A DNA stretch of 64,000 bases from an uncultured Gammaproteobacteria bacterium (lineage in GTDB: Bacteria; Patescibacteriota; Patescibacteriia; UBA1558; UBA10009): assembly GCA_964588165.1 (NCBI GenBank), contig CAZPMS010000005.1, positions 3,411 through 67,410 on the forward strand. The letters run 5' to 3'. Below the pieces are notes generated by a model. The model saw only the letters and a list, made by a program, of their open reading frames with translations, ran no database searches and was not told the DNA's origin. Below are positions 1-8,873 of the stretch, piece after piece. The position numbers and the translations under genes were made by a program. Each line of letters opens with the position of its first letter. Position 1 is the first letter of the stretch.

Positions 1-1
1 C

Positions 2-451
2 AAACTAATTTTGGTAAAGGATCACATTAGCAACCACTGCCCAAATCCCCTAATCGGCCCCAATGATGATAGCCTTGGTACTCGTTTTCCAGGCATGGGG
101 AATGCCTACTCACAACGCTTAAGAGATTTGGCCCAAAAAATCGCTACTGAAAAATTTGGAGCTGAATTATCTGAAGGCATCAGCATCTTCCATTTGGGCC
201 CAGGCTACGAGACGCCTGCTGAAGTTCAAGACTACATAAATCGTAAAGCTAACCTAACTACCATGAGTACCATTCCTTCAATCATTGCCGCCCAGCACAT
301 GGGGGTAGAAGTTTTAGATATTGCCAACCCAACCAACTTTGCTTGTGGTATTAATGATAGCCAGCCAAACCATGAAGAGGTTGAGGCTATGAGCAAAATA
401 ATAGAAACAGACTTAATCTCTCTGATTACGGGTGTTATTGCCCAGCTCTAA
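2..451 (+). CDS. Purine nucleoside phosphorylase family protein, C-terminal part (5' end truncated by window edge)
   Basis: Open frame running in from the window start. The translation (LIGPNDDSLGTRFPGMGNAYSQRLRDL...HLGPGYETPAEV...STIPSIIAAQHMGVEVL) matches the PNP/MTAP family-2 fold motifs. A rho-independent terminator follows. Confidence 0.7.
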   Translation, partial: KLILVKDHISNHCPNPLIGPNDDSLGTRFPGMGNAYSQRLRDLAQKIATEKFGAELSEGISIFHLGPGYETPAEVQDYINRKANLTTMSTIPSIIAAQHMGVEVLDIANPTNFACGINDSQPNHEEVEAMSKIIETDLISLITGVIAQL

Positions 452-471
452 GCATCACAACTAAACACTTT

Positions 472-502
472 CAGCCCTTTTAACACTAAGGGCTGTTTTT
501 TG
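472..502 (+). terminator. Rho-independent terminator (cagccctt-loop-aagggctg + T6)
   Basis: 8-bp GC-containing stem followed by TTTTTTG, directly after the PNP stop codon. Confidence 0.7.
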
Positions 503-515
503 TTATAATAAACCT

Positions 516-839
516 ATGAACTTCTATAGCCAAGTTTACGCCATAACAAAAAAAATACCCAAAGGCAAAGTGGCAACCTACGGACAAATTGCCGGTATGA
601 TTTCTTCACCCAGGGCAGCCATTATAGTTGGCCAAGCTTTGCATTTGGCTGATAATAAAATAAAACTGCCTTGGCAAAGAGTTATAAATTCCAAAGGTAT
701 GATTTCTACCACCTGCCTGGACCACCCTAAAGAACAACAAGCCTTCCTTTTAAGAAAAGAAGGTGTAGAAGTTAAAGAAATAGACGGCAATTATTTTATT
801 GATCTTAAAAAATACCTTTGGCAGCCGAACACATCTTGA
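516..839 (+). CDS. Alkyltransferase-like (ATL) protein. It has the MGMT-family DNA-binding domain with Trp replacing the catalytic Cys (PWQRV instead of PCHRV).
   Basis: 107 aa. Helix-turn-helix region ATYGQIAGMI plus PWQRVINSKG motif, the known ATL signature of a catalytically inactive O6-alkylguanine sensor. Confidence 0.65.
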   Translation: MNFYSQVYAITKKIPKGKVATYGQIAGMISSPRAAIIVGQALHLADNKIKLPWQRVINSKGMISTTCLDHPKEQQAFLLRKEGVEVKEIDGNYFIDLKKYLWQPNTS

Positions 840-853
840 CAGTTTAATAAATA

Positions 854-870
854 TTAGATAACTTATCTAA
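854..870. promoter_or_regulatory. Perfect 8-1-8 palindrome TTAGATAAcTTATCTAA upstream of the GC-rich ORF at 993
   Basis: Seen directly in the sequence. Operator-like dyad, about 120 nt upstream of the ORF start. Confidence 0.25.
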
Positions 871-992
871 TACTTTGCACTTTCTACATCCAAGCCACAA
901 AAGCCTGGATCAACCCACAGAACCTGCTCTAAGCCAAAAGATCAAAGAAAACTCGAGGATCTGCGGTTAGGAAAAGGTTAAGGAGACCCAAG

Positions 993-1715
993 ATGAACAC
1001 CAGCGGCAGTATAGATTGGAATGAAGCCGGCAGAGGCTTCAACATCGTCAACCAATTTCTTAGTAAAATCAATACGACATTAAAACACTGCTTTTTAGGT
1101 GTCGACCTAGAACTAATTGAATGGCTAGTAAATGGAGGCAAACACGTACTTATTGAACATGTCAAACAGATGGCCCAAACTTTTCTTGGTAATGCTCTAA
1201 CCAGGAATGTCCGCAAAACACATATGATGGTCAATCTGTCCTCACCACTGTCTCACCCAATCTATAGAACTGAAGTTGCCTTGAATGACCTAATAGAGGG
1301 TGATGGAAAATGGATCACTTTCTATCGCAATAGAAAGGGCCAACCAATGATCAAGTACTCAGACGGTAAATGGAGAATAATTAAACTCGTTCCCGTCAAA
1401 GACAGAATGGGCTCTCAGAAAATTCCAAGGTCAAAAGCCCCTTCTCTGCTAGAAGAAGGCGAAGAGCTTATAAACTTGCACATTTTGGTTGCCCTGACAT
1501 CCAACAAATCTGTCATTCCAATCACCTGGACAACTGAAGGAAAACATGGTAGCCAACTCCGCCGAATCTTTTTCTTGGGCAACCATGACACCGGCATATC
1601 CGAACTCGAAACCTACTGGCTAGAGGGTTATTTGCAAGATCCCCGCATTCGGCATGAAGATCAAGGCTCAAACTTCAAAAATAAGGATTGGCTGGCTGTA
1701 ACTGTGGCTGCCTAA
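993..1715 (+). CDS. Hypothetical protein. Compositionally atypical (GC-richer) orphan ORF with a strong SD (AAGGAG, 7-nt spacer).
   Basis: 240-aa ORF with no motif I recognise. GC content is visibly higher than in flanking genes. A terminator hairpin follows it. Confidence 0.5.
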   Translation: MNTSGSIDWNEAGRGFNIVNQFLSKINTTLKHCFLGVDLELIEWLVNGGKHVLIEHVKQMAQTFLGNALTRNVRKTHMMVNLSSPLSHPIYRTEVALNDLIEGDGKWITFYRNRKGQPMIKYSDGKWRIIKLVPVKDRMGSQKIPRSKAPSLLEEGEELINLHILVALTSNKSVIPITWTTEGKHGSQLRRIFFLGNHDTGISELETYWLEGYLQDPRIRHEDQGSNFKNKDWLAVTVAA

Positions 1716-1735
1716 TCACCTAAAGACATTTACTG

Positions 1736-1767
1736 CCTTGATCAGAAACTGATCAAGGCTTTTTTTG
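1736..1767 (+). terminator. Rho-independent terminator (ccttgatcag-aaa-ctgatcaagg + T7)
   Basis: Perfect 10-bp stem followed by CTTTTTTTG. Confidence 0.7.
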
Positions 1768-1845
1768 TAAAAAATACCTTTGGCATCCTAAAAAGATGAA
1801 GTAATATACTCATCTACTTCATCTTGACCCGCCGATTCGGCAGGG

Positions 1846-1874
1846 TTGACAGAAAAGCCATAATCTGCTAATAT
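1846..1874 (+). promoter_or_regulatory. Sigma70-like promoter (TTGACA-17 nt-TAATAT) for the 3D-domain gene
   Basis: Consensus -35 with a 17-nt spacer and a near-consensus -10, about 55 nt upstream of the ATG at 1930. Confidence 0.45.
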
Positions 1875-1929
1875 TATCTAATTCCCAAATATATAAGGGA
1901 ATTTTTAAATACCCGAAATTAATAATATT

Positions 1930-2475
1930 ATGGCTAAAATAAAGCAAAAATTCATCAAAAAAAGCCTTATTATGCTGGATAAAATCCTGCCAGTATTCTT
2001 ACTGGTGGTTATTATAACCCTATCAATGCCACACTTAAGTTTGGCTTCTGGGTTAGTAGATGTGCCAGCTACTCCTCAATTACCATATATTGCCGGTAAA
2101 ATTGAGTACTTAAAGGCTTATAGTTATCATATTCCCAGATTACCCGGTACGGCTGAAAAAAGGGAAGCCAGATACACCTATAAAATCTGGATGACTGCTT
2201 ATAACAGTTTGCCTGGCCAAACTGATAGCACTCCTTGTATTACCGCTTCTGGCATGGATGTTTGTGAACGCGACCGTGAAGATATTATTGCTACCAACTT
2301 TTTAAGGTTGCCGTTTGGCACTAAAGTTAGATTCCCGGAACTTTATGGTTCAAAAATCTTTACTGTCCAAGATAGAATGAATTCCAGGTATTGGAAAAAT
2401 GCTGATATTTGGCTAAAAGATTATGCTGAAGCTAAAAGCTTTGGTAGAAAATGGACCACTATTGAAATATTTTAA
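1930..2475 (+). CDS. Secreted 3D-domain (MltA/RlpA-like double-psi beta-barrel) cell-wall-binding protein
   Basis: N-terminal TM/signal segment. The C-terminal region (TPCITASGMDV...IIATNFLRLPFGTKVRF) resembles the 3D/DPBB domain. Confidence 0.5.
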   Translation: MAKIKQKFIKKSLIMLDKILPVFLLVVIITLSMPHLSLASGLVDVPATPQLPYIAGKIEYLKAYSYHIPRLPGTAEKREARYTYKIWMTAYNSLPGQTDSTPCITASGMDVCERDREDIIATNFLRLPFGTKVRFPELYGSKIFTVQDRMNSRYWKNADIWLKDYAEAKSFGRKWTTIEIF

Positions 2476-2500
2476 ACTTAAAGTTGCTTAGATACAAAAA

Positions 2501-2526
2501 ATCCCAGATTTATCTGGGATTTTTTA
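2501..2526 (+). terminator. Rho-independent terminator (atcccagat..atctgggat + T5)
   Basis: Inverted repeat plus T-run after the stop of the 3D-domain gene. Confidence 0.65.
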
Positions 2527-2641
2527 ATCATTCTGTTAATAACTCTGTTAATAACGTGGTATTGCATTAATATATATACTATAATAATAAAATAAAGGTC
2601 GAATAATAAAATATAATTTATAAATAATAAATAAAAAAATA

Positions 2642-3178
2642 ATGAATAAAAAACTATTAGTAGCTATTTTTTCTATTATTCTTTTTGTAACTTTAATTTT
2701 TGTGGGCAGTGTATATGCAATCGGATATTTGGAAGTAAGCTTAAGCGATGACACGCCTCCCGGAGGCTTTATTTCTCCTACCTCCACCAATGTCGCTTTT
2801 GTTAGTGTAGATTTTACAAATACAGCCAGTAGTACCGAAGCCATTACGATTGAAGATATTGCTTTCAAAAATTATGGAACATCTTCCTCTACAAATCAAG
2901 TGCTATCTAGATGGTATCTCTATGATGATACGGGTCTGATCGCCTCTTCTACCGATTATCTTACCCCTAAAATAGCCGTCTTCTATGATATTAATTACGT
3001 CATTCCAACAAGCACTGTAAAAACCTTAACCTTTAAAGGAGACCTGGGAAATGGCGCAACTTCAAGCGAAACTATAATAGTCGGAATTAATAATGAAAGC
3101 TTTATCAATACCTCACCTACCAGCACCGAAATATTCGGAGAATTCCCAATTATAGGTAATACCTTTACTATTGAATAA
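2642..3178 (+). CDS. Secreted Ser/Thr-rich hypothetical protein
   Basis: 178 aa with an N-terminal signal/TM segment. The remainder is rich in S/T and predicted extracellular. No recognised domain. Confidence 0.5.
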   Translation: MNKKLLVAIFSIILFVTLIFVGSVYAIGYLEVSLSDDTPPGGFISPTSTNVAFVSVDFTNTASSTEAITIEDIAFKNYGTSSSTNQVLSRWYLYDDTGLIASSTDYLTPKIAVFYDINYVIPTSTVKTLTFKGDLGNGATSSETIIVGINNESFINTSPTSTEIFGEFPIIGNTFTIE

Positions 3179-3200
3179 TAGCATCAGAAAGCTCAAAAAT

Positions 3201-3228
3201 CCCCGGTAATCTTACCGGGGATTTTTTG
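3201..3228 (+). terminator. Rho-independent terminator (ccccggta-atct-taccgggg + T6)
   Basis: 8-bp GC stem plus ATTTTTTG. Confidence 0.7.
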
Positions 3229-3249
3229 ATTTGGTCGAGCTAAACTCGA

Positions 3250-3324
<75 letters not shown>

Positions 3325-3441
3325 ACGCTTTTTGGGCCACTTGCTGTGTCCGCCTTTGGCGGAGCTACGTGGCTATTTTGTCACCGTTGACTATAGCAAA
3401 GCTGGCTGTAAAAATCAAGAATAAAATGCTAAGATAACTTT

Positions 3442-3936
3442 ATGAAAAAAGCCTTATTAATCATTGATGTCCAAAATTATTTTATCAATAAATGGACCCA
3501 AAATGTGCCCCAAAAAATAGTTAAACTAATTGAAGAAGATGATTTTCCTATTATCATTTTCACTAAATTCGTAAATACGCCAGACAGCCATTTTGTTAAA
3601 CAATTCAACTATACAGAATGTACCAAGCCGCCTTATACCGATATAGTGGCTGATCTTTTACCTTGGGTTAAAAAGGATAACGTTTTTGTCAAAAATACTT
3701 ATTCTTCTTTTTTTGATTCTGAGTTTACCAACTATCTTAAAAAGAAAAAAATTGAGGAGCTGATAATTGTTGGGCTTGATACAGAAAATTGCGTGCTAAC
3801 AAATTCTAGGGCTGCTTTTGATAACGGCTATAAAGTTTCTGTGGTGGCCAACTGTTGCGGCAGTTCAACAAGTGGTGATGAAATGCATAAAGCTGCCTTG
3901 GAAATAATAAAAAATAATATAGGTGATGTAATTTAA
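3442..3936 (+). CDS. Isochorismatase-family cysteine hydrolase
   Basis: 164 aa. The LLIIDVQNYF ... IIVGLDTENCVLTNSRAAFDNGYKV pattern is typical of the isochorismatase-like fold, including the catalytic Cys region. Confidence 0.6.
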   Translation: MKKALLIIDVQNYFINKWTQNVPQKIVKLIEEDDFPIIIFTKFVNTPDSHFVKQFNYTECTKPPYTDIVADLLPWVKKDNVFVKNTYSSFFDSEFTNYLKKKKIEELIIVGLDTENCVLTNSRAAFDNGYKVSVVANCCGSSTSGDEMHKAALEIIKNNIGDVI

Positions 3937-3960
3937 TTTAAAACATTTATAAATGAAAAG

Positions 3961-4090
3961 TAGGACTGGGGGGTCTGGGGACGGGGCTTAACGCCAAGAC
4001 AAAATCTTTAGAAGCTTAATAAAGCTGAGAGTTAATTTTCGCCCCCAGGGGTTTTTGGTCCTTTTTGGCCGCAAAAAGGGCATAAAGAAA
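3961..4090. repeat. Copy A of a ~130-bp repeated intergenic element (second copy at 12861-12995), ending 3 nt before the polA ATG. Contains the 8-4-8 palindrome CCTTTTTG-GCCG-CAAAAAGG.
   Basis: Direct comparison of the two copies by eye shows a shared GC-rich 5' part (ctggggRcgGcgCTTArCGCCAAGACAAAAT), a shared AGCTGAGAGyTAATT block and a shared GGTTTTTGGTCCTTTTTG-N4-CAAAAAGG 3' part. Confidence 0.6.
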
Positions 4091-4092
4091 GT

Positions 4093-6828
4093 ATGTCTAA
4101 TAAATTTAAAAAAAAGTTTGTAATTATCGACGGTAATGCCCTATTACACAGGGCTTTTCATGCCTTACCGCCCATGACCACTAAAGATGGCACTCTGGTT
4201 AATGCTGCTTACGGTTTTACTTCAATCCTATTAAAAATTATTAAAGAATTACAGCCAGATTATTTATGTGCATCTTTTGATAGGAAAGGTACTACCCTAC
4301 GGGCTGAAGAATTTGCCGAATATAAAGCCCAAAGAAAAAAACAGCCGGATGAACTTTATGCTCAAATTCCGATTATAGAAAATATTTTAGAGGCTTTTAA
4401 TATCCCGGTAATTGATTCTGAAAAAGCAGGCTACGAAGCAGATGATGTTATTGGCACAGTTGTAACTAAACTGACTAAAAGCAATCCTGATATAATCAAC
4501 CTAATAGTGACTGGTGATTTGGATGCTTTGCAGTTGGTAAATAAAAACGTGGAAGTTTTTACTCTTAAAAAAGGTATTTCCGATACTATTACCTATGGCA
4601 TAAAAACTGTTGAAGATAGATACGGAATTAAACCAGAACAATTAATAGATTACAAAGCTTTACGCGGTGACCCATCTGATAATATTCCTGGTGTAAAAGG
4701 TATCGGCGAAAAAACTGCTACTAATTTAATTAAAGAATTCGGCAGTTTGGAAAATCTTTATAAAAAATTTGATAAGGCTGATCTTAAAGATAGAACCAAA
4801 CAACTTCTCAAAGAGAATAAAGACGAAGCTTTTTTAAGTAAAAAACTGGTTACCATTCAAACTGATCTACCTACTAACTTTAAGCTTAAAGATACTAAAA
4901 TTGAAGGCATTAACGGACCGGCCGTAGTTAAACTGTTTACCGAGTTGGAATTTAGAAGCTTAATGAATAAAATTCCTACTGAAGTTGAGGGTATAAAAAA
5001 ACAAGGACAAGATACAATGGAATTTGTAACTTTAGAAACTAAGACTGATGATAAATTTAAATATCAATTAATAAATACTGATGATAAATTTGATAAATTC
5101 CTAAATGATTTAAAAAAACAAAAGGAATTCGCTATTGATACCGAAACTACTTCGCTGGACGTTTGGCAAGCCAAGCTTTTAGGCATCAGTTTTTCTTGGA
5201 AAAAAGATACTGCCTTTTATATTGCCAAACCAACCAACCAATGGTTAAAACAATTAAAACCAATTCTGGAGGATGAGAATATCAAAAAAGTAGGCCATCA
5301 TTTAAAATACGATTATGAAATTTTAATGCAACATGATATTTACTTAAAAGGAATTGGTTTCGACACTTTACTGGCTGCTTACCTTTTAACTTCCGGTTCC
5401 AGAAATCTAGGTTTAGACGATCTGGTTTTTGCCGAACTGGGTTATAGGATGAAACCAATTGAAGACTTAATTGGTTCAAAAGGCAAAAATCAATTAACCA
5501 TGGATAAAGTGCCAGTTGACCAAGTTAGCTGGTATGCCTGTGAAGATGCTGACTTTACCTTAAAACTGGCCAAAGAACTAAAACCTAGGTTAGAAAAAAT
5601 TTCTGATATTGGACTCTTGGAAAAACTGGAGCTGCCAATTATTCCAGTGCTGGCCGACATGGAACAGCAAGGCATTAAAATTGATAAAGGATTTTTAAAA
5701 AAACTGGATCAAGAATTCACCAAGAAGATAAAAAAAGTTAAAGAAAAAATATATAAACTTTCGGGTGCTGAGTTTAATATTGCCTCTCCCCTTCAACTTA
5801 AAGAAATTTTATTTGCCAAACTGGAGATTGATTCCAAAGGGCTTAAAAAAACTAAAACCGGCATTTCTACCGCAGCTGGTGAATTGGAAAAAATGAAAGA
5901 TAGGCACGAAATTATTCCGCTTATTTCTGAATTTAGGGAATATAGTAAATTACAAAATACTTATACCAAGGCTTTATCTAAACTGACTGATAAAAATGAT
6001 AGAATCCATACCAGCTTTAACCAAACAGTTACAGCTACCGGCCGATTTTCTTCTTCTAACCCTAATCTGCAAAACATTCCTATTAGAACGGAATTGGGTA
6101 GAGAAATAAGAAAAGCTTTTGTAGCTGAATCAGGCATGGCTTTAATGGCTGCCGACTATTCACAAATTGAACTAAGAACCATTGCTTCGTTGGCAAATGA
6201 CGACAAGATGATTGCTTCATTTAAAAAAGACGAGGATATCCATGCCCGAACAGCCGCCACCATAAATAAAATTGATATTAGCGAAGTTACCAGCCAACAA
6301 AGGCGGGCCGCTAAAGAAGTAAACTTTGGAGTTATTTACGGCCTGGGCTCAACCGGCCTGGCCCAGCGAACCGGCATTACCAGGCCAGAGGCTAAAGAAT
6401 TTATTAATAAATATTTTAAACTTTACCCTAAGGTAAAAAATTGGCTGGATGAAACCAAACAAATTGCAGCTAGAGATGGCTTTGTAGAAACCTTACTGGG
6501 CCGGAGAAGATATCTGCCAGATATTAATTCCGGCGTGCAAATGATTAGAGCAGCTGCCGAACGAATGGCCATTAATGCTCCTATCCAGGGTACAGCCGCA
6601 GATTTACTTAAAATGGCGATGATTAAAATTCATAACCAACTGCCTGATATTTCAGCCAAATCCAAAATGCTCTTAACTGTCCATGATGAACTGGTTTTTG
6701 AAGTGCCTAAGAATGAAGTTGACAAGGTATCTAAATTCATTAAAAATACAATGGAAAACATCTATACCTTAAAAGTTCCCATTAAGGTTGATGTCCATTC
6801 AGCAAATAACTGGGGTGACTGCAAGTAA
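4093..6828 (+). CDS. polA: DNA polymerase I
   Basis: 911 aa covering the 5'-3' exonuclease domain, the 3'-5' exo-like domain, polymerase motif B (RRAAKEVNFGVIYG) and motif C (HDE). Confidence 0.97.
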   Translation: MSNKFKKKFVIIDGNALLHRAFHALPPMTTKDGTLVNAAYGFTSILLKIIKELQPDYLCASFDRKGTTLRAEEFAEYKAQRKKQPDELYAQIPIIENILEAFNIPVIDSEKAGYEADDVIGTVVTKLTKSNPDIINLIVTGDLDALQLVNKNVEVFTLKKGISDTITYGIKTVEDRYGIKPEQLIDYKALRGDPSDNIPGVKGIGEKTATNLIKEFGSLENLYKKFDKADLKDRTKQLLKENKDEAFLSKKLVTIQTDLPTNFKLKDTKIEGINGPAVVKLFTELEFRSLMNKIPTEVEGIKKQGQDTMEFVTLETKTDDKFKYQLINTDDKFDKFLNDLKKQKEFAIDTETTSLDVWQAKLLGISFSWKKDTAFYIAKPTNQWLKQLKPILEDENIKKVGHHLKYDYEILMQHDIYLKGIGFDTLLAAYLLTSGSRNLGLDDLVFAELGYRMKPIEDLIGSKGKNQLTMDKVPVDQVSWYACEDADFTLKLAKELKPRLEKISDIGLLEKLELPIIPVLADMEQQGIKIDKGFLKKLDQEFTKKIKKVKEKIYKLSGAEFNIASPLQLKEILFAKLEIDSKGLKKTKTGISTAAGELEKMKDRHEIIPLISEFREYSKLQNTYTKALSKLTDKNDRIHTSFNQTVTATGRFSSSNPNLQNIPIRTELGREIRKAFVAESGMALMAADYSQIELRTIASLANDDKMIASFKKDEDIHARTAATINKIDISEVTSQQRRAAKEVNFGVIYGLGSTGLAQRTGITRPEAKEFINKYFKLYPKVKNWLDETKQIAARDGFVETLLGRRRYLPDINSGVQMIRAAAERMAINAPIQGTAADLLKMAMIKIHNQLPDISAKSKMLLTVHDELVFEVPKNEVDKVSKFIKNTMENIYTLKVPIKVDVHSANNWGDCK

Positions 6829-6865
6829 ACTTGAAATTTAAAATTATAAATTTAAAATTTTTTAA

Positions 6866-7813
6866 ATGTTTCTATTCTTACACGGCGAAGATAGTTATCG
6901 TTCGCAAAAAAAACTTAATGAAATAACGGCTAAATTTAAAGAAAAAACTGACCCAACAGGTATAAATATAAATACTTTTTACGGGAAAGATTTTGATATT
7001 GAAAAATTTAATACTGCCTCCAGCCAATCCGGGTTTTTAGTAACTAAAAGATTAATAATTGTAAAAAACTTATTAACCAGTAAGCCTAAAAAGGATCTGG
7101 CCGGACAATTAACTGAATTATTAAAAAATTTAAAAGGCAGCGATAACATTTATATCTTTTGGGAACAAGGCAGCCCCGATAAACGTACGGCTTTATTTAA
7201 ACTTCTCAATAAAGAAAAAAAATACGTCCAGGAATTCAAGGCTTTGGAATACAAAGAACTAGCCGATTGGTTAAAAAATTATTTAAAAGAAGCCGGCAGT
7301 AAAATGACTACTTCGGCTCAACAACTTCTTTTATCTTTTACTGATAACAACTTATGGCAACTGGCCAATGAAGTTGATAAACTGGTAGCTTATAAAAAGA
7401 ACGAAGAAATTACCGAAGAAGATGTTAAACAAATGGTAACGGCCAAGGTTTATGAAAATATTTTCGGCTTAACTGATGCTATTGCCACAGGTGACAAAAA
7501 AAAGAGCCTGCAACTTTTGCAAGAACAGTTCCAGGCGGGCTTAAATGAACAATATGTTTTAACCATGATAATCAGGCAGTTTAGAATTTTGGCCCAACTT
7601 AAACCTTTGGCGGAAAAATATCCGGAATATCAGATCACCAAAGAGACTAAGCTTCATCCCTTTGTGGTTAAAAAAACCTTACCTCAAGTTAAAAAGTTTA
7701 CCGAAGAAAAAATAATAAAGATCTATGATCTGCTTAGCAATCTAGACAGAAAATTCAAATCTACTAAACTTTCTCCGCAAACCTTGATTGATTTGTTTAT
7801 AATGAAGATTTAA
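6866..7813 (+). CDS. holA: DNA polymerase III delta subunit
   Basis: 315 aa. The N-terminus (MFLFLHGEDSYRSQKKL) and overall architecture are typical of HolA. It sits directly downstream of polA. Confidence 0.75.
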   Translation: MFLFLHGEDSYRSQKKLNEITAKFKEKTDPTGININTFYGKDFDIEKFNTASSQSGFLVTKRLIIVKNLLTSKPKKDLAGQLTELLKNLKGSDNIYIFWEQGSPDKRTALFKLLNKEKKYVQEFKALEYKELADWLKNYLKEAGSKMTTSAQQLLLSFTDNNLWQLANEVDKLVAYKKNEEITEEDVKQMVTAKVYENIFGLTDAIATGDKKKSLQLLQEQFQAGLNEQYVLTMIIRQFRILAQLKPLAEKYPEYQITKETKLHPFVVKKTLPQVKKFTEEKIIKIYDLLSNLDRKFKSTKLSPQTLIDLFIMKI

Positions 7814-7847
7814 TTTAAGAAACTAAAAAACCTTGCTCAATATGTGG

Positions 7848-7867
7848 GAACGCGCCACGGCGCGTTC
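7848..7867. terminator. GC-rich hairpin (gaacgcgc-cacg-gcgcgttc) between the convergent genes holA and rpsT. Likely bidirectional terminator.
   Basis: Perfect 8-bp GC stem. T-rich tracts lie on both sides within about 20 nt. Confidence 0.5.
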
Positions 7868-7898
7868 ATACGTTTGAAGGCAAGATTTTTTTATTTAT

Positions 7899-8165
7899 TT
7901 ATTTCTTGGAAGTTTTGGTTTTTTTAGCAAGCCTAGATTTTCTCCTGTTGGCTGTGCCTTTCTTTAACCAGCCAGACTTTACGGCTTTATCAGCGGCTTT
8001 CTGGAACTTTTTGGTTAGTTCCTTTACTTCATCAGATTTACCGGCATCTACGGCTTTTAAAGTCTTTTTAATTAAATCCTTTAAGTTCTTTTTTTCAGCT
8101 GAATTTTTAGCAGTTAACTTTTTAGTTTGCCTTAAGGCTTTCTTAGCAGAATTTGTATTTGGCAT
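7899..8165 (-). CDS. rpsT: 30S ribosomal protein S20
   Basis: 88 aa. The highly basic sequence MPNTNSAKKALRQTKKLTAKN... is a characteristic S20 signature. Confidence 0.9.
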   Translation of the reverse strand: MPNTNSAKKALRQTKKLTAKNSAEKKNLKDLIKKTLKAVDAGKSDEVKELTKKFQKAADKAVKSGWLKKGTANRRKSRLAKKTKTSKK

Positions 8166-8248
8166 ATTTTTGAATTATGTATTAATATTATACTAGATGT
8201 GAGAGTTAAAAAGATTCTAGCATTTTACATTAAATAAATCAAGTCCTT

Positions 8249-8494
8249 ATGAAAACAGAATATTTAACCTATAATGAGCAACGTTTAATTGCCGAGGATT
8301 TATATAATATTTCTGACTCTATTGAAGCTTGCGATAGGCTGGAGAAAAACTATAACATTAAAATAAAACCGGGCCGTTCAGTTAAACTAAACAGCTTTGC
8401 CCGCAAGCTGGATAAAACCAGATTTTTAAATTCAGAAATTGAAAAGGCTATCAAAAGACATTCTGGACATAAAGTAAGTTTAAGAAAACTCTAA
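8249..8494 (+). CDS. Hypothetical small protein (81 aa)
   Basis: Clean ORF followed by a hairpin. No recognised domain. Confidence 0.4.
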   Translation: MKTEYLTYNEQRLIAEDLYNISDSIEACDRLEKNYNIKIKPGRSVKLNSFARKLDKTRFLNSEIEKAIKRHSGHKVSLRKL

Positions 8495-8538
8495 ATAAAA
8501 ATCCGCTGAGTTTTAATCTCAACGGATAAATGACTTGA

Positions 8539-8832
8539 TCATTCGACAACTTTTACGTTCCAGAATAAATTGGATCTAAGGTTATATTCCAGCATAGCGC
8601 CTGTAGAATCAACTACGGTAGCCACTGTAGGACTCCAGGCACCCCTCTCAAGGTTTTTTACTTCCACTACTGCTGGGTTTACCAAGCTGATGACATTAAG
8701 CGCCCTCGAACTGTTGACCCAAAAATCACCCGTAAAAAATATTTCTGCTCCGCCAATAATAATTACACCAATCACAACGAAAACCAGTACAATCAACAAT
8801 TCGCTCAAGGCAAAGCCAGGCCTGCTCTTCAT
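8539..8832 (-). CDS. Type IV pilin / pseudopilin with prepilin N-terminal cleavage-methylation motif
   Basis: KSRPGFALSELLIVLVFVVIGVI is a class III signal (G|F-x-L-x-E-L-L-I-V) followed by a hydrophobic helix. Confidence 0.75.
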   Translation of the reverse strand: MKSRPGFALSELLIVLVFVVIGVIIIGGAEIFFTGDFWVNSSRALNVISLVNPAVVEVKNLERGAWSPTVATVVDSTGAMLEYNLRSNLFWNVKVVE

Positions 8833-8873
8833 GTTTCCCTCTTGTTAAATGATCTAAATGTTAACTACCAAAG

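Noticed and set aside
3961-3985. G-quadruplex in the G-rich head of repeat element A (GGGGGGTCTGGGGACGGGG)
   Set aside because: Only three separable G-tracts are present, and copy B disrupts them. The strict G3+N1-7 x4 pattern is not met.
7906-8196. 96-aa ORF antisense to rpsT, and similar antisense ORFs inside polA, uvrB, rpoB, rpoC, recA and the truB fusion
   Set aside because: They are fully contained in, and opposite to, highly conserved genes. They have low-complexity translations and no RBS, so they are typical shadow ORFs.
8570-8848. 92-aa ORF antisense to the type IV pilin gene
   Set aside because: Shadow ORF. The minus-strand frame carries a clear prepilin signal, so that is the real gene.
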